From an uncultured delta proteobacterium (lineage in GTDB: Bacteria > Myxococcota_A > Polyangia > Fen-1088), in contig CAVYGB010000001.1 in NCBI GenBank assembly GCA_963767925.1, positions 295,085 to 359,084 on the forward strand: a DNA stretch of 64,000 nt. The letters are read 5' to 3'. Below are positions 52,453-61,825 of this stretch, one piece after another (the first letter of the stretch is position 1; each line of letters begins with the position of its first letter). A program made the translations under genes and the position numbers. The notes beneath the pieces are model-generated. The model was not told the origin of the DNA, searched no databases, and saw only the letters and a program-made list of their open reading frames with translations.

Positions 52453-53163
52453 TCAGGGGAGGGGGCGGGTCGAGAGCTCGATCCAGCCGAGGATGCCGGG
52501 GGCGGCGCCGGCGGGTACGACGGCGAGGATGGGGTAGCGTTTCTGGCCGAGCTCGACGGTGTCGCCGGCCGCCAGGTCGACGTCGCGCTCGGCGCTGGTG
52601 AAGGTGCCGTCGGCGCGGACGGCGCTCTCGTTGACGTGAAAGCGGGCCCGGCCGGCCTCGATGGTGATGGCGCTGAACTCGAAGGGGGCCAGGCTGGCGC
52701 GCCCGCCGACCGGGAGCACGAGGCCGTCGGCGGCGAGGGTGACGCCGGGGGCGCTGACGGCGCGGCCGTCGAGGACGACGCCCGGGATGGGGCTGCCGCT
52801 GGCGGCGCGGATGTCGCCGACCTCGACCACCCGGTAGAGCCCGCCGCAGGCGAACAGGTCTCCCTTGCCCACCGTCTGGCGGCTTCCGCCGTTGCGGGTG
52901 CCGAGCAGGGTCGCCGCTCCGCCGCTCACCGAGACCACGCCGACCGAACAATCGGCCAGGCGTCCCTGGGTGCCCTGAAGGATCGCCACGGTGTTCGCTG
53001 GATCGAGCGCCCCGGAGGGCTGGGTTTCAGTCATCGGATTCTCCATCGCGCCTGCAGGGGTCATCGTCATTCGCGCCGGCTCGGCGCCGCAGCCGACCAG
53101 GCAGGCCGAGCTGCTGCAGGCGGCGACCAGGGTGGCCAGGGGAAGCAAGATCTGTCTCTTCAT
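52453..53163 (-). CDS. Hypothetical lipoprotein, co-transcribed with the calpain-like protease
   Basis: The ATG at 53163 gives 'MKRQILLPLATLVAACSSSAC'. There is an 11-bp gap to the upstream gene. Confidence 0.6.
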   Translation of the reverse strand: MKRQILLPLATLVAACSSSACLVGCGAEPARMTMTPAGAMENPMTETQPSGALDPANTVAILQGTQGRLADCSVGVVSVSGGAATLLGTRNGGSRQTVGKGDLFACGGLYRVVEVGDIRAASGSPIPGVVLDGRAVSAPGVTLAADGLVLPVGGRASLAPFEFSAITIEAGRARFHVNESAVRADGTFTSAERDVDLAAGDTVELGQKRYPILAVVPAGAAPGILGWIELSTRPLP

Positions 53164-53174
53164 GGCAGTCCTCA

Positions 53175-54176
53175 TCAACCGAAGATGCGCCCGAACGGGG
53201 CGCGGAACCGGTCGAGCAGGTGACTCTGCCCCACCTGCCAGCCAGCGACCACCCCGGAATCCACCAGCTTCTGGTAGGGAACCCAGCCGCCGTCGCTCTC
53301 CTTGGGGCTGCCCGGCTGCACGTTGGGGTCGTCGTCCCAGGGGTTGTAGAGCTTGACCATCGGCACGCCGTCGCGCACCTGCGCGTCGACAACCGAATAG
53401 CTGTGCCACCACACCAGATCCATGTCACCCAGGGCCTTCTGCTTCTTGTCGTCGGCGCCGCCCTTCGGGTCGGCGATCATGTCCAGCACCACCGGCGCGC
53501 TGAAGGCCAGCTTGCCCTGGAGCTGCTCGAACGAGAGATTCCGGGCCGGGGTGAAGGTGGCCTCGCGCCCGGTCAGCTCTTCCATGGCCGCCTCCGCGTT
53601 GCCGCCGTTGCCGATCTTCGAGTAGCCGCCCTTCATCTGGGCGTAGGCCTTCTCGATGATGCGCGGCCACAGCTCGGTCGTGCCGCCGACAACGTCGCCG
53701 GGCCCGGCCGCCTGCTGCGAGAAGCTGCTGGCGTCGACGACCTGATCCTTGCGCTCCAGCCGGCCCGAGGCCGGGTTGCGCTCGAACAGCTTGACGTTGA
53801 AGGTGCCGTCGCCGTTGTCGGTGATCATGTTCCGCACGAAGGTGGGGTCCGCCCTGGCCAGGGCCCCCATCGTGCCGACCAGATAGCAGTTGGACAGCCC
53901 TTCCTGGTCGATGTCGTCCCAGTCGACGACGTGCCCATCGCCGGCCCCGAGGACGAAAGCCGCCGTCGGCCCCGACACCGGCACCTGGACATCCTGCGGG
54001 GAGGGCGCCGCGGCCGCCCCGAAGGCCGCCCAGTCGATCTCGTCGAGCCACCGCGACGCCCCGCCCTCGTCCCGCTCGGTGACGGCCGGCGAGAAGCCCG
54101 TCGTGTGGTCGAAGTCTCCCGCAGGGGACGCCCCCGCAAACGGTTCATATCGAGACGAGATGGAATCCAGACGCAT
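53175..54176 (-). CDS. Calpain-like (peptidase C2) cysteine protease, no signal peptide
   Basis: 'DQEGLSNCYLVGTMGALA' (catalytic Cys), 'LWPRIIEKAYAQMKGGYSKIGNGG', 'HSYSVVD' (His) and 'VKLYNPWD' (Asn). GGAGAG lies 5-6 nt before the ATG at 54176. Confidence 0.8.
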   Translation of the reverse strand: MRLDSISSRYEPFAGASPAGDFDHTTGFSPAVTERDEGGASRWLDEIDWAAFGAAAAPSPQDVQVPVSGPTAAFVLGAGDGHVVDWDDIDQEGLSNCYLVGTMGALARADPTFVRNMITDNGDGTFNVKLFERNPASGRLERKDQVVDASSFSQQAAGPGDVVGGTTELWPRIIEKAYAQMKGGYSKIGNGGNAEAAMEELTGREATFTPARNLSFEQLQGKLAFSAPVVLDMIADPKGGADDKKQKALGDMDLVWWHSYSVVDAQVRDGVPMVKLYNPWDDDPNVQPGSPKESDGGWVPYQKLVDSGVVAGWQVGQSHLLDRFRAPFGRIFG

Positions 54177-54338
54177 GGGGCTCTCCTGCAGGCTGAGTGT
54201 CACCGGCCGTCGACGCGACCGTCCCCCCTGCTTCGGCCCCTCATCGGGCAAGTTGCGTATTCTTCGAGCCTCACCAGCTCCCCCCCGCCCAGCGTGTCCC
54301 GGCGCACGCCGCAGACTTGTCGATGAATGCTCGCGGGG

Positions 54339-55974
54339 CTAAAGCGCGGCGAGGAAGGTGTGGGCGCGGTGGAGCTGGGCGAGGGTGGCGATCCGTTCGG
54401 GGGTGGGGCCGTCGGTGGTGAGCAGGGCCGGGAGCTCGTCGCAGAGGGCGGCGAGGTGGGCGAGCTGGGGTTCGTCGAGGGCGTCGGCCAGGGGGTCGAG
54501 GCGGCTGGCGAGGGTGGCGGGGCGGTCCTCGTGCAGGGCCTTGCGGGCGGCCAGCGCGAGCTGCTCGAGGGGTGTCCGGGTCCGCGGCGTGGCGGCGGCG
54601 CTGGCGAGACGCGTGGCGACCCGCTCCACGGCGGCAGCGGCCGGACGCGACACCTCATCGTGGAGGAGCCGCCAGCCGATCCGGAATAGGAGGTCGCAGC
54701 TCAGCGCCTCGAGGCGTTTCACGGCGCTTGCTCCTGCCGGCGCGCGGCCGCCTTCGTGTTCATCCTTGCGTTCGCCGTCGCGACCCTGGCGCGGGTGGGG
54801 GTCGCTGAGCGCGTGCTCGAGGCCCAGGCTGCAGATCGCCAGCGCGGCCTGGGCGGCGTCGACCGGGCGCAGGCGCGCGCCGCGTGCGCCGACGCCGGCG
54901 AGGAGCACGTTGGCGAGGTAGCCGAGCTCGCGCATTCGATCGGCGTGGCGGTCGACGTCGCGCGCGGCGAGGTCGACGAGGGCCCGGGCGAGCAGGGTGT
55001 GCGCCCGCCGGCTGCTCTTCCCGTCCCGATTCGAGGAGCCGCGCCGCCGGCGCGTCGCCCGCCAGCTCGTCGAGCAGCGCGCGCAGGCTGGTAGGCTCGG
55101 GCGCGCTCGGTGCCGTGCCGGCCGACCGGGTGGTGGTGGCCGCGAGGGGCGTCGCCTGGTATTCGCGAAAGAACGCCGCCGTGACCGGATCGCGTGAGGG
55201 CGCCTGGAGCAGGCTCGCCACGTCGCCGGTGCGGGCCAGCGCGAGGAAGCTCCGGGCCGACGCCGCAGCGACGAATCCGGAGCGCGCGCGGCTGTCCTCG
55301 CGATCGGCGGCGGCATCGGCCTGGAGCATCTCCTCGGAGGTGAGCACCTCCCACAGGCCCCCCTGGCCGTAGACGTAGTCGCTCGTCACGCGCCACAGCC
55401 GCTCCAGCATCGGCTGCAGGGCGTTGCTGTGCCGCTCGTCGAGGGCGGTCAGCACGGTGGCGACCGCCTCCCAGCTGTCGGCGCGCCGCCCGATCACGCA
55501 GTAGTCACCGAGCTCGAGGTACGGACTGTCCTCGACGACCTTCTCCAGCGGCACCTGGCCTTCGCCCTCGGAGATCAGCAGCGCCAGCTCCTCGAGGCTG
55601 ATCACCAGGATGTGATGGTGCAGGGCGAGCTCGACCATCTCCTCGGGCAGCTCGGCCAGCTTGTCGGCGGCGAAGCGCTCGCCGGCCTCGAGCATGACCT
55701 CGAGCCACAAGGTGAAGCGCGCGGCGTCGAACCGCTCGTCCTCGCCGGGGCGCTCGCTGCGCCAGAGGTCCTCCTCGAAGACCCGGCGGAGCTGGTCGAC
55801 GGTGGCCAGCGCCACCAGCTCGCCCGCGTCTTCCAGGCCAATGCGATCGATGAGCCCCAGCAGCGCCGCGGGCGGCAGCGCCTGGACGGCGCCGACCAGG
55901 CCGGGCTGGTCGAGGATTCGCGCCAGCAGGTTCTGGGGATTCGCGGGCGTTCGCGGCGCCAGTGGTTTTGTCAT
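54339..55974 (-). pseudogene. Conserved hypothetical (possibly DUF6178-like) with a single frameshift near 55020-55045
   Basis: The N-part 'LLARILDQPGLVGAVQALPPAALLGLIDRIGLEDAGELVALAT...' (track 54760..55974) continues plausibly as '[37 protein letters not shown]...' in the frame of track 54339..55316. Confidence 0.55.
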
Positions 55975-56344
55975 GGGGTGGTACCCCGGAGGACCGGACA
56001 GAAGGGATCTCCGGGTACAGGTGCCTGTACTGCAGGGGCGCCAGCACTTTCAAGCTTCCGCCGGACCGAGCTTGGAGGTAGTCTTGCTGTCAGGTGGCGC
56101 GGTAGGCGCCGAACCTCGGCGCATCGGGGGAACCGACGTGACGGCGCCGCGGGCGTACACTGGACCGGCGATGGCCAGCAGCCCCACGCCCCCGCCTTCG
56201 CCCTGCGGGTGGTCTACGCCCAGCCGAGGCGCCGCACCTCGGTCAAGCTGCTCGCCTTCGTCGCGAGCTACGCCCTGCTCCTCGCCCTGACCCTGGCCGG
56301 CACGGCGATCTTCAGCGCGCTGTGATTATCTGGGGAGCCCCCGG

Positions 56345-57664
56345 TCACGGGGACAGGCGCTCGAGGTCGCGGGGGAAGGTGGTGGCGAGGCGGATGTTGG
56401 GGAGGCGGCAGAGCTGCATCAGCAGCCGTTCGAGGCCGATGGCGAAGCCGCCGTGGGGGGGCATGCCGTGGCGGAAGGCCGCCAGGTAGGCCTCGAACGG
56501 TGCCTGCGGAAGGCCCGCCCGCGCGAGGGCGGCCAGGTAGTCGGCGTGGCGGTGCAGGCGCTGGCCGCCGGTGACCAGCTCGGTGCCCCGGAAGAGCAGG
56601 TCGAACGAGTTCGAGTGCTCGGGCCGGGCCGGGTCGGGGTGGGTGTAGAACGGCCGCCTGGACATCGGGTAGCCCATCACGAACAGGAAGTCGCTGCCCT
56701 GGGTCTCCTTCGCCCATTGACCGAGAGTGCGTTCCTCCTGGGGCGACAGATCGGGCTCGGCGCGGCTGTCCACGCCCGTCAGGCGGAGCGTCAGCTCGTG
56801 CGCCTCGGTGAAGTGCAGGCTCGGGATCGTGGCCGGGACGGCAGGCACCTCGACGCCCAGCAGGGCGAGGTCAGCGGCGTGGTGCGCGGCCAGGCGGGCG
56901 AAGATGCCGGCCAGCACCTCGCGCAGCAGGGCCATGACCTCGAGGTGGTTTCGGATGAAGCCCAGCTCGACGTCGAGGCTCACGTATTCGTTGATGTGGC
57001 GGGTTGTGTCGTGGGGCTCGGCCCGGAAGACCGGAGCCACCTCGTACACCCGCTCGAACACCCCCACCATGATCTGCTTGTAGAACTGGGGGCTCTGCGC
57101 GAGGTAGGCGGTACGCCCGAAGTAGTCGACGGCGAACACGTTGGCCCCTCCTTCGGTGGCCGAGGCGACGAGCTTGGGGGTCTGGATCTCGGTGAAGCCG
57201 GCCTCGTCGAGCGTGGCCCGGAAGCCGGCCATCGCCCCGGCGCCCAGCCGCAGCAGCGCGCGCCGGGAAGGGTGGCGGTTGGCCACGACGGCGTGGTCGA
57301 GCAACACGGGCAGGCTCGCGCGCAGCTCACGCTTGTGCAGCGCCAGCGGCGGCAGCTCGGTGGCGAGCGAGAGGACCTCGATCTTCAGGTCGTGCAGCTC
57401 GGCGCCGCCGGGCGCCTGGGGGGCGGCCAGCAGCCGGCCCTCGACCTGGATCACCGTCTCCAGCGCGGCGCCGGCTTCGATCAGGACGTGCACCTCGGCT
57501 TCCGACTCGGCGACGGCCTGCACGAGGCCGCTGCCATCGCGCACCACCAGGAAGTTGAGGGCGCCCATGCGCCGCCAGGAATGCAGCCAGCCTTGTACGC
57601 ACACGCGCTGGCCAGCGTGCGTTTGCACCAGCGCGTACACCTCGGCCAACCGGACCCGTTCCAT
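56345..57664 (-). CDS. aspS: Aspartate--tRNA ligase, archaeal/eukaryotic-type (about 440 aa)
   Basis: 'LAQSPQFYKQIMV', 'FRAEPHDTTRHINEYVSLDVE', 'GGQRLH' and 'GMPPHGGFAIGLERL'. Confidence 0.9.
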   Translation of the reverse strand: MERVRLAEVYALVQTHAGQRVCVQGWLHSWRRMGALNFLVVRDGSGLVQAVAESEAEVHVLIEAGAALETVIQVEGRLLAAPQAPGGAELHDLKIEVLSLATELPPLALHKRELRASLPVLLDHAVVANRHPSRRALLRLGAGAMAGFRATLDEAGFTEIQTPKLVASATEGGANVFAVDYFGRTAYLAQSPQFYKQIMVGVFERVYEVAPVFRAEPHDTTRHINEYVSLDVELGFIRNHLEVMALLREVLAGIFARLAAHHAADLALLGVEVPAVPATIPSLHFTEAHELTLRLTGVDSRAEPDLSPQEERTLGQWAKETQGSDFLFVMGYPMSRRPFYTHPDPARPEHSNSFDLLFRGTELVTGGQRLHRHADYLAALARAGLPQAPFEAYLAAFRHGMPPHGGFAIGLERLLMQLCRLPNIRLATTFPRDLERLSP

Positions 57665-57679
57665 CGAGAGCCTCCAGAA

Positions 57680-57726
57680 CAGCGGGTCTGCCGTGGACGC
57701 GAGAAGACGCGCCGGCAGACCCGCTG
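57680..57726 (-). promoter_or_regulatory. 14-bp perfect-stem hairpin in the aspS leader, ending 15 nt before the start codon
   Basis: CAGCGGGTCTGCCG-19 nt-CGGCAGACCCGCTG. On the coding strand it is followed by TTCTGGAGGCTCTCGATG (SD GGAGG). Confidence 0.4.
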
Positions 57727-57894
57727 GTCAGGCGCGCTTCTCGAGATCGTCGTCGTCGTCAGGCATGTGTGTGCTCCGGCGAGAATTCAGAATAGCGCAG
57801 CCGCGGGAACGCGCGACTGTTTTTGAGGACGGATCCGGCCCGGCCGCGTGGGAAAAAGCAACAACTCGGCCGGCGCATCGTAATCATTGGGGTG

Positions 57895-59067
57895 ATGACA
57901 AGCGCTTCGCTGATGCGGCTGGTTACGGTATGTGCGCTCGGCTCCGGGCTGATCGCGCAGAGGGCACAGGCCCAGGAGAGCGCCGGCGCCGGAGCGGGCG
58001 CCGCGCTGAAGCCGGAGAGCGACCTCATGAAGCGCATCGACAAGGCCGTCGTGGGCGGCGGCTTCGAGATGGAAGGCTACTGGATCTGGTGTCCCACGGT
58101 GACCAAGGGGGACGACGGCCTCTTCCACATGTTCGCCTCGCGCTGGCCCAAGCGGTTGCCGTTCCACCCGGGCTGGATGGTGGCCTCCGAGGTGGTTCAC
58201 GCCACCAGCAAGACCGCGGAGGGGCCCTACCGGTTCAGCGAGGTGGCGCTGCCCGCGCGCGGGCCCCAGTACTGGGACGGGCGCTCGACCCACAACCCCA
58301 AGATCGTGCGCCACGGCGCCACCTGGGTGCTCTTCTACATGGGCTCGACCCACCCCTTCGACGAACCGAAGCCGGAGCAGCTCACGCTCGATTCGCACTT
58401 CACCACGCTGGCCCGGGCCAGCAAGCGGGTCGGGGTGGCGACCGCCCGGAGCCCCTTCGGCCCCTGGACCCGCAAGGACGTGCCGGCGCTGACCACCAGG
58501 CCGGGGACTTACTACAGCTTCCTCACCTCCAACCCGGCGCCCTGGATCGAGAAGGACGGCAGCGTGGTGATGGTGTTCAAGTCGCGCGCCTACAAGGACA
58601 AGTACCCCTTCCAGACGCCGATGAACCTCGGGGTGGCGCGCGCGCCCCACTTCGACAAGCCGTTTTCGGTGGTGACCGAAAAGCCCATCTTCGGCGTCGG
58701 CCACGGGGGTGAGGTCGAGGACCCGTACATCTGGAAGGACGGGCAGGGCTTCCACATGATCGCCAAGGACCAGCGGGGCGACGTCACTGGCGAGCGCCAC
58801 GGCGGCCTCCTGGCGCACTCTCCCGACGGCGTGGCCTGGAAGGTGGACCCGGCCCCCCGGGCTTACAGCAAGACGCTCACCTTCACCGACGGCAAGGTCC
58901 AGGTGATGGGTCAGCTCGAGCGCGCCTCGGTGCTGGTGCAGGACGGGGTTGTGACCCACATGTTCTTCGCGGCGATGGACGGCTCGGGCGGCTTCCAGAA
59001 CGGGACCCGCACCTGGGCCCAGGTGGTGCGCCTCAAGCCCCAGCGCCCGACCGCCGCCGCCCGCTGA
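57895..59067 (+). CDS. Secreted glycoside hydrolase, five-bladed beta-propeller type (GH43/GH117-like)
   Basis: Signal 'MTSASLMRLVTVCALGSGLIAQRAQA'. 'WIWCPTVTKGDDGLFHMF', 'HNPKIVRHGATWVLFYMG' and 'GEVEDPYIW' resemble GH43-clan blades. The family call is tentative. Confidence 0.6.
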   Translation: MTSASLMRLVTVCALGSGLIAQRAQAQESAGAGAGAALKPESDLMKRIDKAVVGGGFEMEGYWIWCPTVTKGDDGLFHMFASRWPKRLPFHPGWMVASEVVHATSKTAEGPYRFSEVALPARGPQYWDGRSTHNPKIVRHGATWVLFYMGSTHPFDEPKPEQLTLDSHFTTLARASKRVGVATARSPFGPWTRKDVPALTTRPGTYYSFLTSNPAPWIEKDGSVVMVFKSRAYKDKYPFQTPMNLGVARAPHFDKPFSVVTEKPIFGVGHGGEVEDPYIWKDGQGFHMIAKDQRGDVTGERHGGLLAHSPDGVAWKVDPAPRAYSKTLTFTDGKVQVMGQLERASVLVQDGVVTHMFFAAMDGSGGFQNGTRTWAQVVRLKPQRPTAAAR

Positions 59068-59268
59068 CGCCCTCGGGTTGACCCGGGTCGGGCGGGCACG
59101 GATCCTCGTCGGGAAGGACGGGGCGGGGATCGGGCGCGGTTGCTCCCCGGGGCGGTGGACGCCGGCTTCTCAGCGGTCATCCTTCGAGCGAGCATCCCCC
59201 ACGGGTTCGGCGGGAGTCTTGCTCCCCGTTGTCCGGGCGAGGAATTTTCGGTCAAGCCGTTCGGTGCG

Positions 59269-60102
59269 CTACGCGGCCTTGCGGGTGGCGGCCTGCTCGG
59301 ATTCGGCGACTTCGCGCAGGAACTTCAGGAGGCCGAGCTTGCGGGCGAGCCAGAGGGCCAGACGGGGGGACAGCACCCGGATCAGCAGCAGCGGGGTGGG
59401 GGGCTTGCCGCTGACGAGGATCTCGGGCGCGCGGGTGGCGAGGGCGCGCAGGACGCCAGCGGCGACGGCCTGGGGGGTCACCTCGCCGACGGCGCCGGGG
59501 GCCGGGCGGCCCTTGCGGGCGAACATCCCCGCGTCGCGCACGAAGCCCGGGCAGACCGTCGAGATCGCCACCCCGCTGCCGTCTAGCTCGCCGGTCAGCG
59601 AGGCCCCGAAGCCCACCAGCGCCGCCTTCGTCGCCGAGTAGACGCTGGCGAACGGCATCCCGAGGACACCCGCCATGGAGGCGATGTTGACGATGTGGCC
59701 GCGGCCGGCCGCGAGCATGTCGGGCAAGACCAGACGCGCGAGGTGCAGCGGAGCGGTCACGTTGGTGGCCACCAGCCCGTCGATGCTGGCCGGGTCCTGC
59801 TCGTGGAAGGGGGCCACCACCTCGAGACCGGCGTTGTTGATCAGCACGTCGAGGGCGCCGAACCGCTCGCGCGTGCGGGCCACCAGCGCGCGCCGCGAGC
59901 CCTCGTCGGTGACGTCGGTGGCGACGACCTCCACCTCGGCGCCGCCTGCGCGCAGCTCGGCGGCCACCGCTTCGAGCTTGTCGCGCGAGCGCGCCGCCAG
60001 CACCAGGCGCGCGCCCTGCCCGGCGAGCGCGCGGGCGATGAAGGGACCGAGCCCCTGCGAGGCGCCGGTGAGCACCACCACCTGACCGTTCAGCCTGGAC
60101 AT
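59269..60102 (-). CDS. SDR-family oxidoreductase
   Basis: 'VVVLTGASQGLG' (TGxxxGxG), 'NNAG' and 'YSATK' (YxxxK). Confidence 0.9.
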   Translation of the reverse strand: MSRLNGQVVVLTGASQGLGPFIARALAGQGARLVLAARSRDKLEAVAAELRAGGAEVEVVATDVTDEGSRRALVARTRERFGALDVLINNAGLEVVAPFHEQDPASIDGLVATNVTAPLHLARLVLPDMLAAGRGHIVNIASMAGVLGMPFASVYSATKAALVGFGASLTGELDGSGVAISTVCPGFVRDAGMFARKGRPAPGAVGEVTPQAVAAGVLRALATRAPEILVSGKPPTPLLLIRVLSPRLALWLARKLGLLKFLREVAESEQAATRKAA

Positions 60103-60395
60103 CGCCGCAGTCTAGCCCGCTGCGGCCGATCGACCTACGCGCCGTGTTCACTCCCGGCTTGGGGCGAGGGCGAGCGGAAAACGTGTCCACGAAGGGCGAG
60201 GTCACGAACAGGGCCCCTTCGCGGGCGCGACCACTCGTCGGGCGCCGACCGGGCGCGGGTGGGCCGCGCGGGTCCCGCGCTCGGGTCCTGACGGAGCGCG
60301 CGAACGTTTTTCCTCGGGCTTTTCCGGGGAGGTGGATTGGTCTAGTGTGCCCCCGGGGCCGGCCCCATTTTCGGGCTCCCCGGTGGAGGATTCAG

Positions 60396-61661
60396 ATGCG
60401 ACCAGTTGCACCGGTATTCGCTTCGTCTGTCCTGGCCGTCGCGGCCTTTGTCTGTTTGGGGGGGTGCTCCTCCGAGGCGGAGCCGGGGCCGGGTGGCACG
60501 GCTGGCACCGGCGGCGCGGGGGGCTCGGCCGGCTCGGCCGGGGGCTCCGGCGGCGCTACCCCACCGAGCGGCGGCGCACCTGCGCCAACTGCGGGAGCGG
60601 CCGGGGGCGCGCCGAGCCCGGGCAGCGGCGGCTCGGGCGGGGGCAGCGCCGGCAGCGGCGGGGGCAGCGCCGGCAGCACCGGCAGGGATGGCTCGTCGTC
60701 GGGGTCGCGGGCGGACGCAGGTGCGCGGGATGCCAGCGGCGGCGGCGCTGCCGACGGACCGGTGGCGGTGCCGGCCGAGGGGTGGATGGGATACAAGGGC
60801 GTGGCGGACCTGTCGGTCGTCGACAGGACCGCGGGCTGTGGCAAGCCGGCGGGCATCGGGCTCAACACCTTCGTGCAGTTCGAGACCAGGGTGGCCATCC
60901 CGATGAACCACAACGGGCCGGGTGGCGACGGGACGCGCCGGTACTTCGTCAAGCTGCCGCCGAGCTACGATCCCGCGAAGGTCTACAAGCTCGTGGTCAG
61001 CCCCTCTGCCTGTGTGAACCAGGCGACGCGCCCCGCGGGCATCGACTATTCGGGGGCGACAAACCCGTCGGGCGGGGTCATCCAGATCACCCCGATCGTC
61101 GAGCCGGGCGTCCTGCAGTTCGGCGACTACATCTGCTACGACGACCACGACACGAACTCGATCGAATACCCCCTGCTCGAGACGATGCTGAAGGAGGTCG
61201 GGGACAAGTTCTGCTACGACCGGAACAAGGTCTTCGTCCAGGGGCACAGCAGCGGCGGCTGGTACGCCAACATGGTCGGGTGCGTGTACGGCAGCACGCT
61301 GGTCCGGGCGGTCACCTCCAACGGCGGCGGCCTGGCGAACAAGGCCGGCGAAGCGCCCCCCTGCAAGGAGACGCCGACCGCCGGGATGTGGATCCACCCC
61401 ACCGGTGACGACGAGGAGCCGGACGCGACGAAGCGCGCGATCGACCGGGCCCTCAAGCTGAACAAGTGCGAGGGCGGCGGCGCCGCCGGGGCCTGGCAAT
61501 CGGCCCCCACCGAGCCCTACACCCTGGGCGGCGCGCGCAACTGCCGGAAGTACAAGTGCCCGGCCGCCTTCCCGGTCGTCTTCTGCGAGCCCCCCGGCGG
61601 CCACGCCCCCATCTCCTGGCACCCGGCCGCGGCCTGGGCGCTGTTCGACGCGCTCCCCTGA
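60396..61661 (+). CDS. Secreted lipoprotein esterase (PHB-depolymerase / CE1-like alpha/beta hydrolase)
   Basis: SD GGTGGAGGA before the ATG at 60396. It has the lipobox 'AAFVCLGGCSS', a long Gly/Ser/Ala linker, 'RRYFVKLPPSYDP' and the nucleophile elbow 'GHSSGG'. Confidence 0.7.
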   Translation: MRPVAPVFASSVLAVAAFVCLGGCSSEAEPGPGGTAGTGGAGGSAGSAGGSGGATPPSGGAPAPTAGAAGGAPSPGSGGSGGGSAGSGGGSAGSTGRDGSSSGSRADAGARDASGGGAADGPVAVPAEGWMGYKGVADLSVVDRTAGCGKPAGIGLNTFVQFETRVAIPMNHNGPGGDGTRRYFVKLPPSYDPAKVYKLVVSPSACVNQATRPAGIDYSGATNPSGGVIQITPIVEPGVLQFGDYICYDDHDTNSIEYPLLETMLKEVGDKFCYDRNKVFVQGHSSGGWYANMVGCVYGSTLVRAVTSNGGGLANKAGEAPPCKETPTAGMWIHPTGDDEEPDATKRAIDRALKLNKCEGGGAAGAWQSAPTEPYTLGGARNCRKYKCPAAFPVVFCEPPGGHAPISWHPAAAWALFDALP

Positions 61662-61693
61662 CGCGCGCGCGAAGCCAGGCATCCTCGACTGCG

Positions 61694-61743
61694 ACGGCGG
61701 CCGTCCTGCTGCACCCGGGCAGGACCGGCCGCCGTTTCGTTTC
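61694..61743 (+). terminator. Rho-independent terminator candidate after the esterase gene
   Basis: ACGGCGGCCGTCCTGC-loop-GCAGGACCGGCCGCCGT (one bulge) followed by TTTCGTTT. Confidence 0.55.
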
Positions 61744-61825
61744 CACGCGCGCCCCGCTTCTGCGAGAACGCGGGCGCCAGCGGCAGGTAATCCAATGGTT
61801 TTCCGGGCTGGCCCGAATATCAGGC

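Noticed and set aside
56209-56325. GTG-started 38-codon ORF ending 'VKLLAFVASYALLLALTLAGTAIFSAL*' (single TM helix) downstream of the frameshifted 55-kb gene region.
   Set aside because: It has no RBS and a non-ATG start, and it lies inside a long shadow ORF (55429..56325 +). It cannot be told apart from chance in a GC-rich genome without conservation data.
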